A stretch of DNA of 64,000 bases from Adineta vaga (lineage: Eukaryota > Animalia > Rotifera), in the NCBI GenBank assembly GCA_021613535.1, contig CP075493.1:1612001-1676000 (forward strand), given 5' to 3'. A program made the translations under genes and the position numbers. A model generated the notes under the pieces. It was not told the DNA's origin. It was given only the letters and a program-made list of their open reading frames with translations, and made no database searches. The number at the start of each line of letters is the position of its first letter. The stretch's first letter is position 1. This document shows positions 37,258 through 50,229 of this stretch, in pieces.

Positions 37258-38477
37258 TTACTTTTCATTTTCTGTATAATCTTCGGGATATTCGCCTTCA
37301 TCTCCTGCATTGTTTTGATCATCGTCCTGAGCTTCAGGTGCAGGTGTTGTTTTAGCTGTTGCTGTTGTTGTATCACTTGCTGCTGCGGGACTTTGGTCAT
37401 CTTCACCACCAGCATCTTCATCGTCAATTCCTTCATCTTCACCTTCATCAACTGCAGGTGGTTGTGGCTGGGGTTGAGGTTGAGGTTGTGGTTGTGGTTG
37501 TGGTTGTGGTTGTGGTTGTGGCGAGGGTGGTTGTTGAGGTCGTGGTGGATAATAACTTGGTTGATTATATGGATATTGATTATATGGATCATATTGAGGA
37601 TATTGTGGTTGTGATGGAGGTTGTGGTCGAGGATAATAACCACCTTCAGTTACCTTAAAATAAAATGCTTAGAATTTGAATACAATCAAATAATCAAATA
37701 CTTGTAAATCAATAGATGCTTGATCATTTGGATTACCAGTACCACCATTACATTCATATCGCCCAGCATCACTTTGAGTGGCATCTGGAATTGTTAATCG
37801 AACAAGTTTACGACTACCAGGAAGAGATGTACTTTGCGCTTTATATGGTAATGGCTAAAATTACGACAAGAAAAAATAGAGGATGAACTATGCATATATA
37901 TATATATATGGCATCTACTTGATTGCCAGATCGTGTCCAACGTGGTTGTGCATATTGATTATAAGGTGAAACAACTTCACAATCAAAATAAATACTTTGT
38001 CCAGTTGATACACGTGCACCATCCTCCGGTCCAAATATGTAAACATCCACACGTTGTGGTTGATTGTATGAATATTGATTATATGAATAACCTTGTTGTA
38101 GTCGTGGATCATACGCTGGTTGTGGTGGAGATGGTGCTTGTGGATATTGAATACCTAAACTTGCTGCATATTCCCAAGGTACACATTTTTCGCAACATTC
38201 TCCTGGTAAAGCAGCAGCAACAAAATCTTTGCCACAATTTGGAACAATACAAGCTCGTCGATCACAATTTGGATCTGAATGAACAAAACAAATAAATAGA
38301 AAATGAGATGTATATTATTCATTTTTTCTTACCATTTGACACTTGTCGTTTGACTAATCGTTTGACTAGTTTTGTTTCTCGACGATTCATTTGTCGGGAG
38401 GATGATGCAAGTAATTTTAATCCCGAAGCGACAAAAATTGTCGCACAGAGGATAATTGTTAAAACGATAAATTTCAT
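37258..38477 (-). CDS. Secreted protein: partial VWC-like Cys module, one Ig domain, PQ/Y-rich region and acidic tail
   Basis: Signal MKFIVLTIILCATIFVASG, then KRLVKR-Q. CIVPNC...PGECCEKC. Ig motifs FDCEV...PRW...LTIPDATQSDAGRYEC. (PQ)n and a D/E-rich tail; stop at 37258-37260. Confidence 0.8.
37466..37520 (-). repeat. Coding hexanucleotide tandem repeat (CCACAA/CCTCAA)n encoding poly-PQ
   Basis: TTGTGG/TTGAGG units on the plus strand, within the last exon of the secreted Ig protein. Confidence 0.8.
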
Positions 38478-40169
38478 TCTATAAAATATCTTAAAACCTT
38501 GAACTTGTAAAGAGTTCAAAACAACTGAATCAAATATCTCGATTCATTTTAAATGCAACTAAAATGTTCGATGGGTTCTCTACTTTTATCTCGCTTATCG
38601 TACATTCATTCTCTGCAAATGTAAGCAATAGATGAAATCAAATCCTTTCGTCTTTTTTCTTCTTCTTCTCATATATGTTCGTTTTATCCTTTAGTTAAAG
38701 ATGGTATAACTCATTTTTGTTCTCTTCATCAAACTCAATTCAAGATAACTTTTCTTCCTCTTCTAATGTAACAAGGTTGAGCGTACGTGTTCTATCTTTT
38801 CTTTTTTTACTTTTTGCGGTCAGAGAAAAACTTACAGTCTCATGGACGAAAGAGAATGTAAAAAAAAGCGGAGAACTATTTCCTTTCTAAAAATCGATCA
38901 TACCTTTTCTTTTTTACTCTCTCCTCTTCTATATGAAAGGTCGAATGATTTATTCTTGAACAATAGGAGAGAGAGAGAGAGAAAATAAGCCCGCACGAAT
39001 GCACGAATAGAAGGACAATATGATGGTTATCTCTATAAGTCAGATTTCATTGCCATAATATAGAAATAAATGTGTAATTGCAAATGAAACCTTAGTTATG
39101 CAGGTCTTTATTATTATTAGTATTATTACTCATATGATTCTAAATTGTGAAAAGGGAAAAATTTGTTGGGAATAAATTTCTAATGAACTAAATGGTCTAT
39201 ACTTACTACTAATGAAACTGAAGAGACATACAAGGTACTTTCTTCTTTACAATTCAAGTAGAAACTAGAATCAAAATGATTCTTTCTTTCTTTTCTTTTT
39301 TTTGTGAATTTTACTTAAAAGAAATGACCGAATACATACGGGTTTATATAAATGACGGATCGTTAAGATGAGAAAAGAACGAATAACCACACACACACAC
39401 AAGTATATAATTCCTCTTTATGTATCGTTGGTGTGAACACATACAATCTGGTTGAGTCGTGTTTTACGACAGAGTGCATGCATGAGATTGCGTAATATTA
39501 AATGAAGAAGAAGAACAAGAACAAGAAAAGAGAGAGAGAGAGGGAAAGCGAAGGTGACCCTGAAAAAGAAAAACGTTAAGCAAGTCAGAGATGTGAGCAG
39601 GAAATTGAATCACTTGCGTGTCATTATCGGATCGCAGAACAATCGAATGGGTCTCGTTGATTTCTGAATCTATGTTCAAAAGAGAAAGAAAACGACTTCG
39701 ACAGAACGGAAAGAAATTTTCAGTCATGACAGCGAAGACCTTTTTTTACGTCAGATTTTGTTTATATACCTGAATGAGTTTATTTTAGACTAATCAAATA
39801 TGAGTATAATGGCAATAAATATATATACATGTACGCAGAATAAAGTTCTCGATCAATTTCTTTCTACTTATACTTGTTAAAGAATTGAAAAATGAATTCC
39901 TCAGAGAATGTAGTCTTTTCTTTTCGTCGACATTGCATTCAAGGATATTATAAGTTAAGAACTATTGCAGAGAAAATGTTTTCATATGACAAATTGAATA
40001 ATTTATTAATTCAACGATTATGTGACATATGAAATTGACAGAAAGAACTATCCGAATTCAATTCAACTAATTCATTCGACAATCAAATGACATTTAATCA
40101 ATATATCGATGAATTGACAGAGACAAAGAACAGTGTTTCTTAGTACATATGAACTTTATCATCTTCTCA

Positions 40170-41070
40170 AGAAACAATGTTCAAAATACATATATAAATA
40201 AACTATTGATAAAATCGACATTAAATACATGCATCAATGAACGAAAAAAAGTTATAAAAATCATCAACAATTTTGAAGGTCTATGTGAAAATTTACTATA
40301 TAGTGAAATGGCTTCTTTTTTTTATTGAATTCATCACATATTCGACACTGAAGTTAGATTTTTTGTTTGAAAATAGTTCAGAAAAACGAATCGGTTAGGT
40401 TTTGCGTGGATCTTTTCAACTTCTAGTTTTTTCTGCTAAAATAAAAAATTGACAACAAAATGATCTATCAGTTATCGTCTTACAGTGATCAATATAATAA
40501 ACACGACCATTAGTCATTGTTCGAGCTTTCCAAAAAGCATATTCAAGTTCTGTCTGAGAGTATTTAAGTTCACAGAACAATTAATCAGTGAGCTTTTCAG
40601 AATAATTAAGCAAAACATATATTTTCGCTTGATAATTAGGACTTTTCTTTCTAATATTATATAGAGATATTATACATATTCAATATTATAAACCTCTCTA
40701 ACCTTCCCATCCTCGTGGCAAAGATGTTTCGATTGATGATTGAAATACATTATGATGTTGATTCAGCTTCATTTGGGATTGTCAACAGAAAACGAAGTCT
40801 ATTGTACAGTTCTTGATAAAATATAGGCAACCATACTCTATCATAACTGACATAAGCTAATCTACTTATTACCATACGGCGAAGACGTTGAAGCAAACTA
40901 AGATCATAAGAAATGATATACGCTTTTCACACAGGAACAGAAACAAAACTTGATGGTACTTGCATCTTAACGGACGATAGCCTTTTGTTAAAATTGATTG
41001 TTAAATCCACATGAAACATTCGAAAAAGTCTATCGTCTGACTAGATATAAAACCAAGTAGTTTATTGGTC
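40170..41070. repeat. Old dispersed repeat, copy 1 (homologous to about 49270-50130)
   Basis: Colinear shared blocks, e.g. AAATAAACTATTGATAAAATCGACATTAAAT, AAGTTCACAGAA, ATATTCAATATTATAAA, CTCTATCAxAACTGACATA, AAGTCTATxGTCTGACTAGAT. Confidence 0.7.
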
Positions 41071-41447
41071 TGTTCAATTTTACCGTAAATTGCAAATTAT
41101 AGCCGATCTTTATTTGGAATAACGTAATAAGTGAGCGTTAGATTCGGATGTATCGATTCCATACATATTTTCCTTCTATACTTCAGATATTTTGATACAA
41201 AACGAACTATGAAAGACAGTAATTGAACACTTAGTCTGAATATCGCTTAGTTCTACAAAGAAATGATAATAAAAGATTCAACTTCCATTGATAGTGAGCT
41301 TATCTATACCAAGGAGAGAAGCAATCTCAGTGGATGCGTAGTGTGACCGTTACGAGAACCAATCACATTCTTTAGTATAAACTAAATCGAACTAGCATTT
41401 TGCTATATCTCTTTTCGAAAGTTAGAACACAGAAAATGTTTGTTTAA

Positions 41448-43505
41448 CCCTTTGAGTCCCAGTGGGACATATATGTCCCACCTAAAAAAATCTAAGGATT
41501 TTCAAAAAATTTCGAATATTTTTCAGGTTTTTGAGGCCTGAAAGTAATATTTATCGTTAACTACGCTAATATTCAGATTAATGGACCATATTAAAAGGTA
41601 TACTCTGCGTATGCTCATCGGATTTTAGGCGTTTTTCTCAAAAGTTCAAATTTCGAAAGTTTTGTGTTTTTGACTGATTAAGTTATAGTAAAAATTAATG
41701 CCGTATAGTATGATGGATTCGGATTCCGATGAAACTCGATCTGATAAAAGTGAAAGTTCGACTACTTCTGATGAACCAGATGCTAGTGATTCAGAAGATA
41801 ATGATTCATTTACCGAAGAACTCGACCAAATTTCGTTAGATGAATGGGAATGGGATGTCGACAACTCCAATTTTTCAAGTACCTTCGATTATTTTGATGG
41901 ACGTGCATTGGGCGATAATGTTGTTCGACCAATTGATGCATTTAGTAAATATATATCGCAAGATATTATTGAATTAATTGTTGATCAAACGAATATCTAT
42001 GGGAAAAATCGTTATGTTCAAAAAGGTAAAAAGTCAACAGATTGGAAAGAAATTGATACAGCTCAAATGCACGCTTTTCTTGGAATATTATTGATCATGG
42101 GATTTCACAAATTACCACGAATTCGTGATTATTGGAGCACGGACAGAAATTTATTTACACCAGCTGTCGCCAATGTAATGACAAGAAATGAATTTCAACG
42201 AATCTTCTCAAACATTCATCTTGTTGATAATACGAAAATGCCATCGAAAAACATTTCTAAGCGTGATAAACTGTATAAAGTTCATGATTTTCTTGTAATG
42301 TTGAAAAGAAATTTTCAGAAAAACTATTCTCTTGGGTCATGCGTATCCATAGATGAGGCTATGATTAAGTTCAAGGGAAGATCTTCTCTGAAACAGTTTC
42401 AACCGTTGAAACCAACTAAGAGAGGATATAAAGTGTGGGTTCTTGCCGAGTCAACCACTGGCTATGTATATAATTTCGAAATATATACTGGAAAGAGCAC
42501 AGAACGATCTGGACCACTTGGTGAACATGTGATTATGTCATTGATAAGTGGAATAAATCTGAAAAATCGTCAGTTATTTTTTGATAGTTTTTTCTCTTCA
42601 ATTACTCTACTTTACAATCTTAGAAGAAAACGAATTGGTGCTACATGTACCATTCGTTCCGATCGAAAAAACTTTCCAATTGAGTTGAAGAAAGACGAAC
42701 ACTTGGATAGAGGTGATTATCAGTATCTAGCATCTAATGGAATTTCTATAGTAAAATGGATGGATAAGAAGGAAGTGTTCGTTGCATCAAACTATTTTGA
42801 TCCAGAAGAATCAGAGGAAGTTACTAGAGGAAATAAGGATGGCACGAAGAGTCGAATTATTTGTCCGTTGCCAATAGTTCAGTACAACAAATATATGGGA
42901 GGAGTTGATTTATCCGACCAGAAGACAAAATATTATACAATTGATAGAAAATCGAAAAGAAACTGGATAAGAATTTTTTTCCGTTTTCTCGGTATAGCAT
43001 TGATAAATTCATTGATATACTATAAGAATCTTTCTCCTGACAATATTAATACAGTTGAATACATATCATCTATTAGTACTACACTGACAGGCGATTATTT
43101 TGGTCGGAAAAGGGCAGGAAGACCTTTAGCTTTGAGTAATCAAAAGAAAATACGTGTTGAAAAGAACATTAGTGAGACCAGAAACTATGAAACGCCAGAA
43201 CTACTAGCTCACATGCCAGAAGTTATTTCTACTCGTCGTAGATGCGTCTATTGTAGTACAAAAGAAAAAGAGAAAAGAACGGATGTGATGTGTACTTTTT
43301 GTGGTGTTTGTTTATGTGTGAAAAATTGTTTTTTGTTATATCATCAGAACTACGTGTGTCGACAGTGAGTTAAATAAACATATCAGCCTGAAATCAGATA
43401 CTTTTATGTTGTAACTTGGGTAAACATCTCGTAATATCATCTGAATGCTTAATATGATGTTTCTCTACACTTAAATTCGATAAAAAAAATTCGGGACTCA
43501 AAGGG
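41448..43505 (+). mobile_element. piggyBac DNA transposon, apparently complete
   Basis: 13-bp TIRs CCCTTTGAGTCCC (41448-41460) and GGGACTCAAAGGG (43493-43505). TTAA on the left, TTCA on the right. 20-bp perfect palindrome at 41462-41481. Single transposase ORF. Confidence 0.93.
41698..43368 (+). CDS. piggyBac transposase (DDD catalytic core and C-terminal Cys-rich domain)
   Basis: Uninterrupted 556-aa ORF with acidic N-terminus. SIDEAMI, KPTKRGYKVW, FFDSFFSS, YNKYMGGVDLSDQ, CVYC...CTFCGVCLC...C...YH. Confidence 0.93.
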   Translation: MPYSMMDSDSDETRSDKSESSTTSDEPDASDSEDNDSFTEELDQISLDEWEWDVDNSNFSSTFDYFDGRALGDNVVRPIDAFSKYISQDIIELIVDQTNIYGKNRYVQKGKKSTDWKEIDTAQMHAFLGILLIMGFHKLPRIRDYWSTDRNLFTPAVANVMTRNEFQRIFSNIHLVDNTKMPSKNISKRDKLYKVHDFLVMLKRNFQKNYSLGSCVSIDEAMIKFKGRSSLKQFQPLKPTKRGYKVWVLAESTTGYVYNFEIYTGKSTERSGPLGEHVIMSLISGINLKNRQLFFDSFFSSITLLYNLRRKRIGATCTIRSDRKNFPIELKKDEHLDRGDYQYLASNGISIVKWMDKKEVFVASNYFDPEESEEVTRGNKDGTKSRIICPLPIVQYNKYMGGVDLSDQKTKYYTIDRKSKRNWIRIFFRFLGIALINSLIYYKNLSPDNINTVEYISSISTTLTGDYFGRKRAGRPLALSNQKKIRVEKNISETRNYETPELLAHMPEVISTRRRCVYCSTKEKEKRTDVMCTFCGVCLCVKNCFLLYHQNYVCRQ

Positions 43506-44735
43506 TTCAAAAAAAGGATATTTTCCTATACAAAGATTTGTAATAAGCTTTAGGAAACATTGCATTCTCCTTTAATTAGATATAGGAATTCGATCTCGAT
43601 CAGAAAAACATCTCTCTTCTTGTCATTACATATCATTGATAAAAACAAATTTGGAAAACATATTTATTTAGTTCAATTTGATTAAAGTCACAGACGGAAA
43701 CATGTTACACGGCTGCATAAGGTTAGTTATTGATAAAAAAAGAACACCGGATCTCATTTATTCCAAGGCCCATTGCGTTTGTCTGAATTCATCGACATTT
43801 CAATTGAAGAAAACTTTTCATTTGAACATTTCCTTAAGAAATAATAGATACGATTTCTATCGTGACAATTGAGTCGACAAGAAATACAATTCTTTCAGTA
43901 AATTTCGTTTTTTTTCTTGTGTTATGAAAACTAATCTTGTCTAGCGAGTTATTATGATTTAAATAGAAGATAATCCATATTTATTTGAAACAAAAAAAAA
44001 CACAGAAAGTTTATTCACATGATGTTATGAAAGATAAATAATAATAATAAACATTTCATTGAGATTTTTTCTTTTCAATTCTTATTGATCACGCCATCGT
44101 AGATGAAATGACGCATTTGTTATTTTTCTTTCTTCAACTTGATTCATTTACTTCTTCATCGATCTTTTCCGCTTCTGCTTGAATGACATTGAAGACAGAT
44201 AGGATATATTCATCCTTCAATATGACAATTGTATCATGTCATATTTGTTATTTCAATGAATACAAAACTTCAGTTTGATTGTTTTCTTTTTTTTCAGAAT
44301 TCTATCTTTCTTCTCTTGTTTATGTTCTTTCTTCTACTTGGTTTTTTTTTGTCTTCCTACGTTATGTATTCTCTTCTTACATGTTTTTTATTGTTATCTA
44401 AATTAATACCTCGCTTACACGTTGCAGCGCATGCTTTTTTTTTTACTACTGATGTCATCGTTCCCCCCTGTCTTTTATTCGTCGTTTTCTTTTTTACAGT
44501 TGGAATTTAACGCGCACACACTCATACACGTCTTGTGTATTTCAAAAAGAAAGAAAGAAGAAGAAAAAAATACTGTCGACCTTGTTCTAACCATCAATTC
44601 TTCGTTTTTTTTTCTTCTTTTTATACAATTATTGTCATATTTATTGTCATTCTTTGATAAAAACTATTCAAGGTTATTCAACTATATTTAAGAATCGAGA
44701 TAATGATTATCTTTTAATTCTTCCATATTTAGAAT

Positions 44736-45624
44736 ATGAAATATAGCCTAAGGAAGTCATTTAGTTATCGTCGTCGGAAGGAGACACACGATGACGAATA
44801 TGTTTATCCTCGACTTGATGCTAATGGCTGTTCAAATTCAAATTTAAATTTAGTTAAACCAGTTAAATCAAAAAAATTCTTACAACGTCAACGTCGTTCT
44901 TCATCGCCTATTTCAACAAATCAAACAAAATCAAAAGTATTTGAACCACGTTATGATATTTATTCGAATGACGACAATGATGCAGATGATGATCCATTTA
45001 CATCAACAAAAACAACTCGTCCACGTCCATTCGATCGTCTAACGAATCAACTACGAAAATCATTTCGTAATACTTTAACACGACCACGTACAAGATTAGA
45101 AAGCAATACTTCTAATAAACGTTTAATATTCAATAAAAATGATACAGAAAATCATTTACAACATGCAACTCTTTATCCAACTTTATCAACGGGTTTAACA
45201 TCACCATTGATCATACCGAATGCAAATGAACAATCAAAAATTTCAACTAAACGACGCAAAGCACCATTAGCGCCAACACATATGAATCAATCGTAAGAAT
45301 TATTCATCGATTATTCTTGAAATTCAAAACATTTCTTCTTCTTTTTTGTCGTTTCACAGAATTTCTTGTCCAACAGAAATCAATCCTGATCGTCAACATT
45401 CATTTCTTACATCCGAAAAAACAACATTGAATCAATCTTTTCGTAAACGTTTTTCATTTCTTCACCGAAAAAAACCACAAGAAATTGTCCAATTAAATGA
45501 GATGAATGATGAACAACCAACAAATTCCAAACCAACACTTGGCCAAAGATTCGATACACTACGACGTTCATTTCGTCTTGGAAATCGACAAAAAGGTCAA
45601 CGTTCTTTACTTTCAAATGAATAG
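44736..45624 (+). CDS. Basic, probably disordered protein with repeated LR(K/R)SF(R/S) motifs
   Basis: Exons 44736-45292 and 45360-45624 joined in frame by a 67-nt GT-AG intron. A diverged but open copy of exon 2 at 55730-55992 supports coding status. Confidence 0.65.
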
Positions 45625-48600
45625 AAAACATTTTTAAATTGTCTTCTTCTTCGTCTTTTTCAAAAAACACAACAACAACATGTCTTTCGTTTCTTTGCAT
45701 ATATATACACATAACAAATATATTTCTGTACTCATATTATTCGTAACAGTTCTTCTTCTTCTTCTTTTTTTGTCAATCAATGACACGGAATGAATATTTA
45801 GTGAAATAATTCGAACAATAATAACATTTAACATCTTTTGTATGCACAAAAATTTCTTCGATAGTTTTCATCGATGGGTCAGTTATATAATACACAAGTT
45901 GAAGGATGAAACTATCGAGAAAATGTCAATATAGAATAGTAATATCCATTCCAATACACTTGTCATCAAATCAACAGAAAGGAAGAAAAAAAGGTATATG
46001 TATTATTAGAAAATTATTTGTAATATGTCAATCAAGACATGTTCATTTGATTAAATCTTTTGTTTCTATTCAATCATTACTCCACCCAAATTATCTTGAA
46101 TAAATTAAATCAAAGTGGTCGAACATATGTCTTGATTAGAAAATGAAATGATCTACTTATCAACAGACTATCATTGAATTAGAATGTCTGAAGATGTTAC
46201 ACAATTGACTAGATCTTTTTCATCGGAAAATAGAATCGATTCACGTTTTTCTTTCTCTTGGTCTCTCGAGAGATGGAATTAAATAACGAAACAAGTTCAT
46301 CATTGTTACACTTTCTTATTAGTTTAATTGATACATGTTTAAAAGAAGAAATGAATTCTATGACCGGCGTCACATGGTCAAAGGAAATGGACATTAAAAG
46401 TCTTGTCTTTATCACATTAATACCGGAATTCTGCTTACAAATTCATCACTTGTACATTACTGAAAATGATGATGTAAGGTACCAATGAAGAGATAGTAAC
46501 ATACATGTCATTTCTAACAAAACATAAATATTGAATTGTTTGATTGATTGATCAAATGAATGTTCAATCTATCGTTTTCTTCTTCAAGGTTTTCTTCTTC
46601 ACATTGACAATTATGATTAAGTTATGTTCAATTTTACAGATATAGTTTCAAAATACATAGTAACATTTCTTCTCTCTTCTGAACGGAGTGGGAGAGAGAG
46701 AAGAGAGAAGAGAGAAAGAGAGAAAAAGAATGCAGATAAACATCGTCTCTGTTCTTCTCATTAGAACACTGAGAATGAAACGCGAAAAGAGGGATAGACA
46801 AAGAAACCTTTGCGATTTAATAGATATATATGTAATCATCATTCGTAGTGATTTCTCCATCATCTGTCAATCTCTTTTATCTGATGAGAAAAGAAAGAAA
46901 AAATAACAGTATCATTCATTTTCAATCACAGACACACATCGAGTTCGAATTCTTCTTATACATTCTCCGTTGAAATAGAAATCGTAAGTTGATAGATCGA
47001 TTAGTAGTTGACCTTCCATAGATCATTTTAAGTGGATAGATGCTTGATTAATTCCAATGAACATTGTCAGATTGATAAATTCTCAGAAGAAGAAATTGAT
47101 TCGATAATTATCTTCGTATTTTCTAATAGATATTGGAAAAAACAGATCGGAATATTTCTTCTTCTCGCATTCTATGTCTTAGAAGTCTCTATAGAATCTA
47201 GCCGAGGTCGAATATTCCATTGGGTGTCACTTGTTTCATCGATAGATTCTCGTTATCTGAAGAAAAACACACAATGAGAAGGTATCGAGAGTGTCCTTGT
47301 TATGATGAATAGGAAATAAATCTTCTATTGAAATAAGAAAGAGATTCTTGTCGTAAGACGATCAATGAACATTAATTCATCGTTCCGATCACTGAATTTC
47401 TTTCTTAAGTTAAGTGAAAACTTTCCTTTTTCTTTTCTGTTCATCTTTAATGCGAATTAAAAGTGTAAAATCTGTTGCGATGTATCAGCTGGTATATCGA
47501 TAGCGTACAAAATCGGTCAGAGATCATTTCATTCTTCGATTAGCGGTAAAAGATCAAACGAGATCGGAAGAAGAATATACTTTCAAAATAAACAGACATA
47601 GTTCAAGCTGTTGATCTACAATCGATAATTTGATCTGATTTTTAGACGAAAAGATCATTGATGTCATAAACATGCTACTATGTCTTACTTTTGGTTATTT
47701 TATTTCTTAATCAATTCATCGATTATTTCTGCTCGATATATTCGTTTATCAACAGTAAATTGCAGTGAATTATCACCCATTGGTACATCGATTACTCAAT
47801 TTTTAGATGTTTTACCTCGATCCAATTGGGAATTTACATTTTTAACACAAACATTAATTAAATCTTATTTTCTATTAGATCATCTTAAAGGTACACTTAT
47901 TATACAACGTCTTCTTGATCGTGAAAATCTTTGTCAATTAAATTTATGTTCATGTTTAAATGAATGTTTAATTAAACTTGAAATCAATGCTATAAGTAAT
48001 ACATCAACACATATTTTCTCTTTACCTATTAATATTTTCGATGAAAATGATAATTATTGTTATTTTTCAAATGAAATCTTCTATTTAAATCTCAATGAAA
48101 ATATTCGTGTTAATACACGAATTATTCTACCAATTGCTTATGATCCAGATTTATCGCCTAATAATATTCAATCATATGATTTCTTACAGAATAATTTAAC
48201 AACAGAATTTCATCTAATAAATCATTTAACACCAACAATGATCATTCGTAAATCATTAGATCGAGAATTACAAAACAAATATCAATTAATTCTTTGTGCT
48301 TACGAAGGAATTCATGAACAACAACGTTCATGTTGTACAAAAATCATTATCAATATCATTGATATCAATGATAATTCACCCGAATTCGAATCTAATCAAC
48401 AATTTCCATTGAAAATTAATATCTCCGAATCAACTCCAATCAATACCGAACTCATTCAAATGAAAGCATTTGATCCTGATGAAGGTCTTAACGGACAAAT
48501 AAGATATAGTTTTTCCAAATGGGATAAAACAATCGATGAAATCTTTCACATTAATTCTGTAAATGGTTCAATTATTCTTCTAAAACAACTCGATTATGAA

Positions 48601-49260
48601 AAGAGAACTAATTATCAATTACATATACAAGCTAAAGACATGGGAATCAATACTTTACCAACATATGCAACAGTAATTATTCAAGTAAGTTGACAGTTCA
48701 TTTTCAAAATGTTAAAATCGATTAATTATTTTAGGTTATTGATGAGAATGATTGTATTCCTGAAATATTCATATTTTCACCACCGGATATTCAATTAGTT
48801 AATTCATCATCGATTTATATCTTTGAAAATACTTCACTCGACACTGCAATACTTTATGTGACAATTTCTGATGGTGATTCAGATGAGAATGGTCGTGTAA
48901 GTGTTGATTTCATTTCTACGTATTCATTTGTTCAATTAGAAAAAATCAATAATAATACTTATATGTTTTCAACAAAGAGTCTTTTCGATCGAGAAGAAAA
49001 ATCGTTCTCTTCGTTTTCTATTATTACTTATGATCATGGTCAACCAAGTCATTCAATTATAAATACTTTTAATTTATATCTGATGGATATTAATGATTGT
49101 TATCCATCTTTTGATTCATTAACAAACTATTCGTTTGTTATCGATGAGAATAATGAAGCAAATGTCATTCTTCATACTATTCAAACATTTGATTCAGATG
49201 AAAATGATCAAGTTACTTTAAATCTTGAATATTCACTTGAAAATGAAGAAAATCTTTTTT
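45360..49260 (+). repeat. Direct segmental duplication, copy 1 (about 3.9 kb; copy 2 at about 55730-59630)
   Basis: About 45533-48150 is near-identical to about 55892-58510, including non-coding DNA. The flanking parts align with many more substitutions and indels. Confidence 0.92.
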
Positions 49261-49262
49261 AT
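47680..49262 (+). pseudogene. Protocadherin copy 1, truncated in the ectodomain (no TM or cytoplasmic part)
   Basis: Exon 47680-48684, intron 48685-48734. Exon 2 loses homology to copy 2 near 49260 and runs into the old repeat, stopping at 49346. Confidence 0.8.
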
Positions 49263-49269
49263 ATCAGGA

Positions 49270-50130
49270 AGGAATATCGTTCAAAAGATATATATACAAA
49301 TAAACTATTGATAAAATCGACATTAAATGCATACACAAAGTTTTAAAAATCATCAACAGTTTCGAAGGCCTATGTGAAATTTATTCTGTATAGTAAAACG
49401 TCATTTTAAATAACGTTCTTTTTTAAATTGAATCCATCACATATTCTATGGTGAAGATAGATTCTCGGTTTGAAAATAGTTTTGAAAAATCAATTGGGTG
49501 TGCAAGTGTAATTATACAAATTGATTAAGTTTTGCATGGAAATTTCCAGATCGTAAATTATTTTACCTAAATAAAGAATGTAGAGCATTGTTACCATCAA
49601 TATTAATAACATGATATAGTTGAGATTTTGCAGTACTGAAAGTTAACATCGATAGATTCGAACTCAATTGGATAGTATCTAAGTTCACAGAATAATTGCT
49701 CTATGATTTTTTTAGAATTGTTATGTTTAACAACTTTCTTAGAAGAATTATGACCAACATAATACGTTCCAACCACTACGTGTTTTCTTTTTTTATAATA
49801 TAAAAAGATATTATATTATATTCAATATTATAAATATCTCGAACCTTTCCATCTAAGTAGTAAACATATTTTGATTGATGATTGATTTATGTCACAACGT
49901 TGATCCATTTTTGGTTGAGGCCATCAACAAAAAACAAAGCCTATTGTATATTTCTTAATCGAATATGTACAATCCTTCTCTATCAGAACTGACATATGCT
50001 GGTCCACTGATTGTCTTACAGTGGTATTACTGAAGCCAACTAAGACCACGGAAAATAACATGCTTTTCTGTACATAGACATTCCAAGAAGTCTATTGTCT
50101 GACTAGATGACAACAAGCAGGCGATTTTTA
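49270..50130. repeat. Old dispersed repeat, copy 2
   Basis: Colinear with 40170-41070; abuts the protocadherin truncation point. Confidence 0.7.
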
Positions 50131-50229
50131 AACAGTTGCATCTTTCAATGCAGTACTAATTATCATTTAAATCAGTCGATTAATTTCCATATTGATTGCT
50201 TAATCAATATCATTTTCGTTAAAAAAAAC

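Noticed and set aside
37038-38295. Several overlapping ORFs rich in V, W, L, C or H/N
   Set aside because: They are alternative-frame and antisense shadows of the PQ/acidic repeats of the secreted Ig protein.
45900-47300. Short ORFs repeated almost identically at 56560-57640
   Set aside because: Their identity reflects the near-identical duplication. Surrounding non-coding DNA is equally conserved, so it is not evidence of coding.
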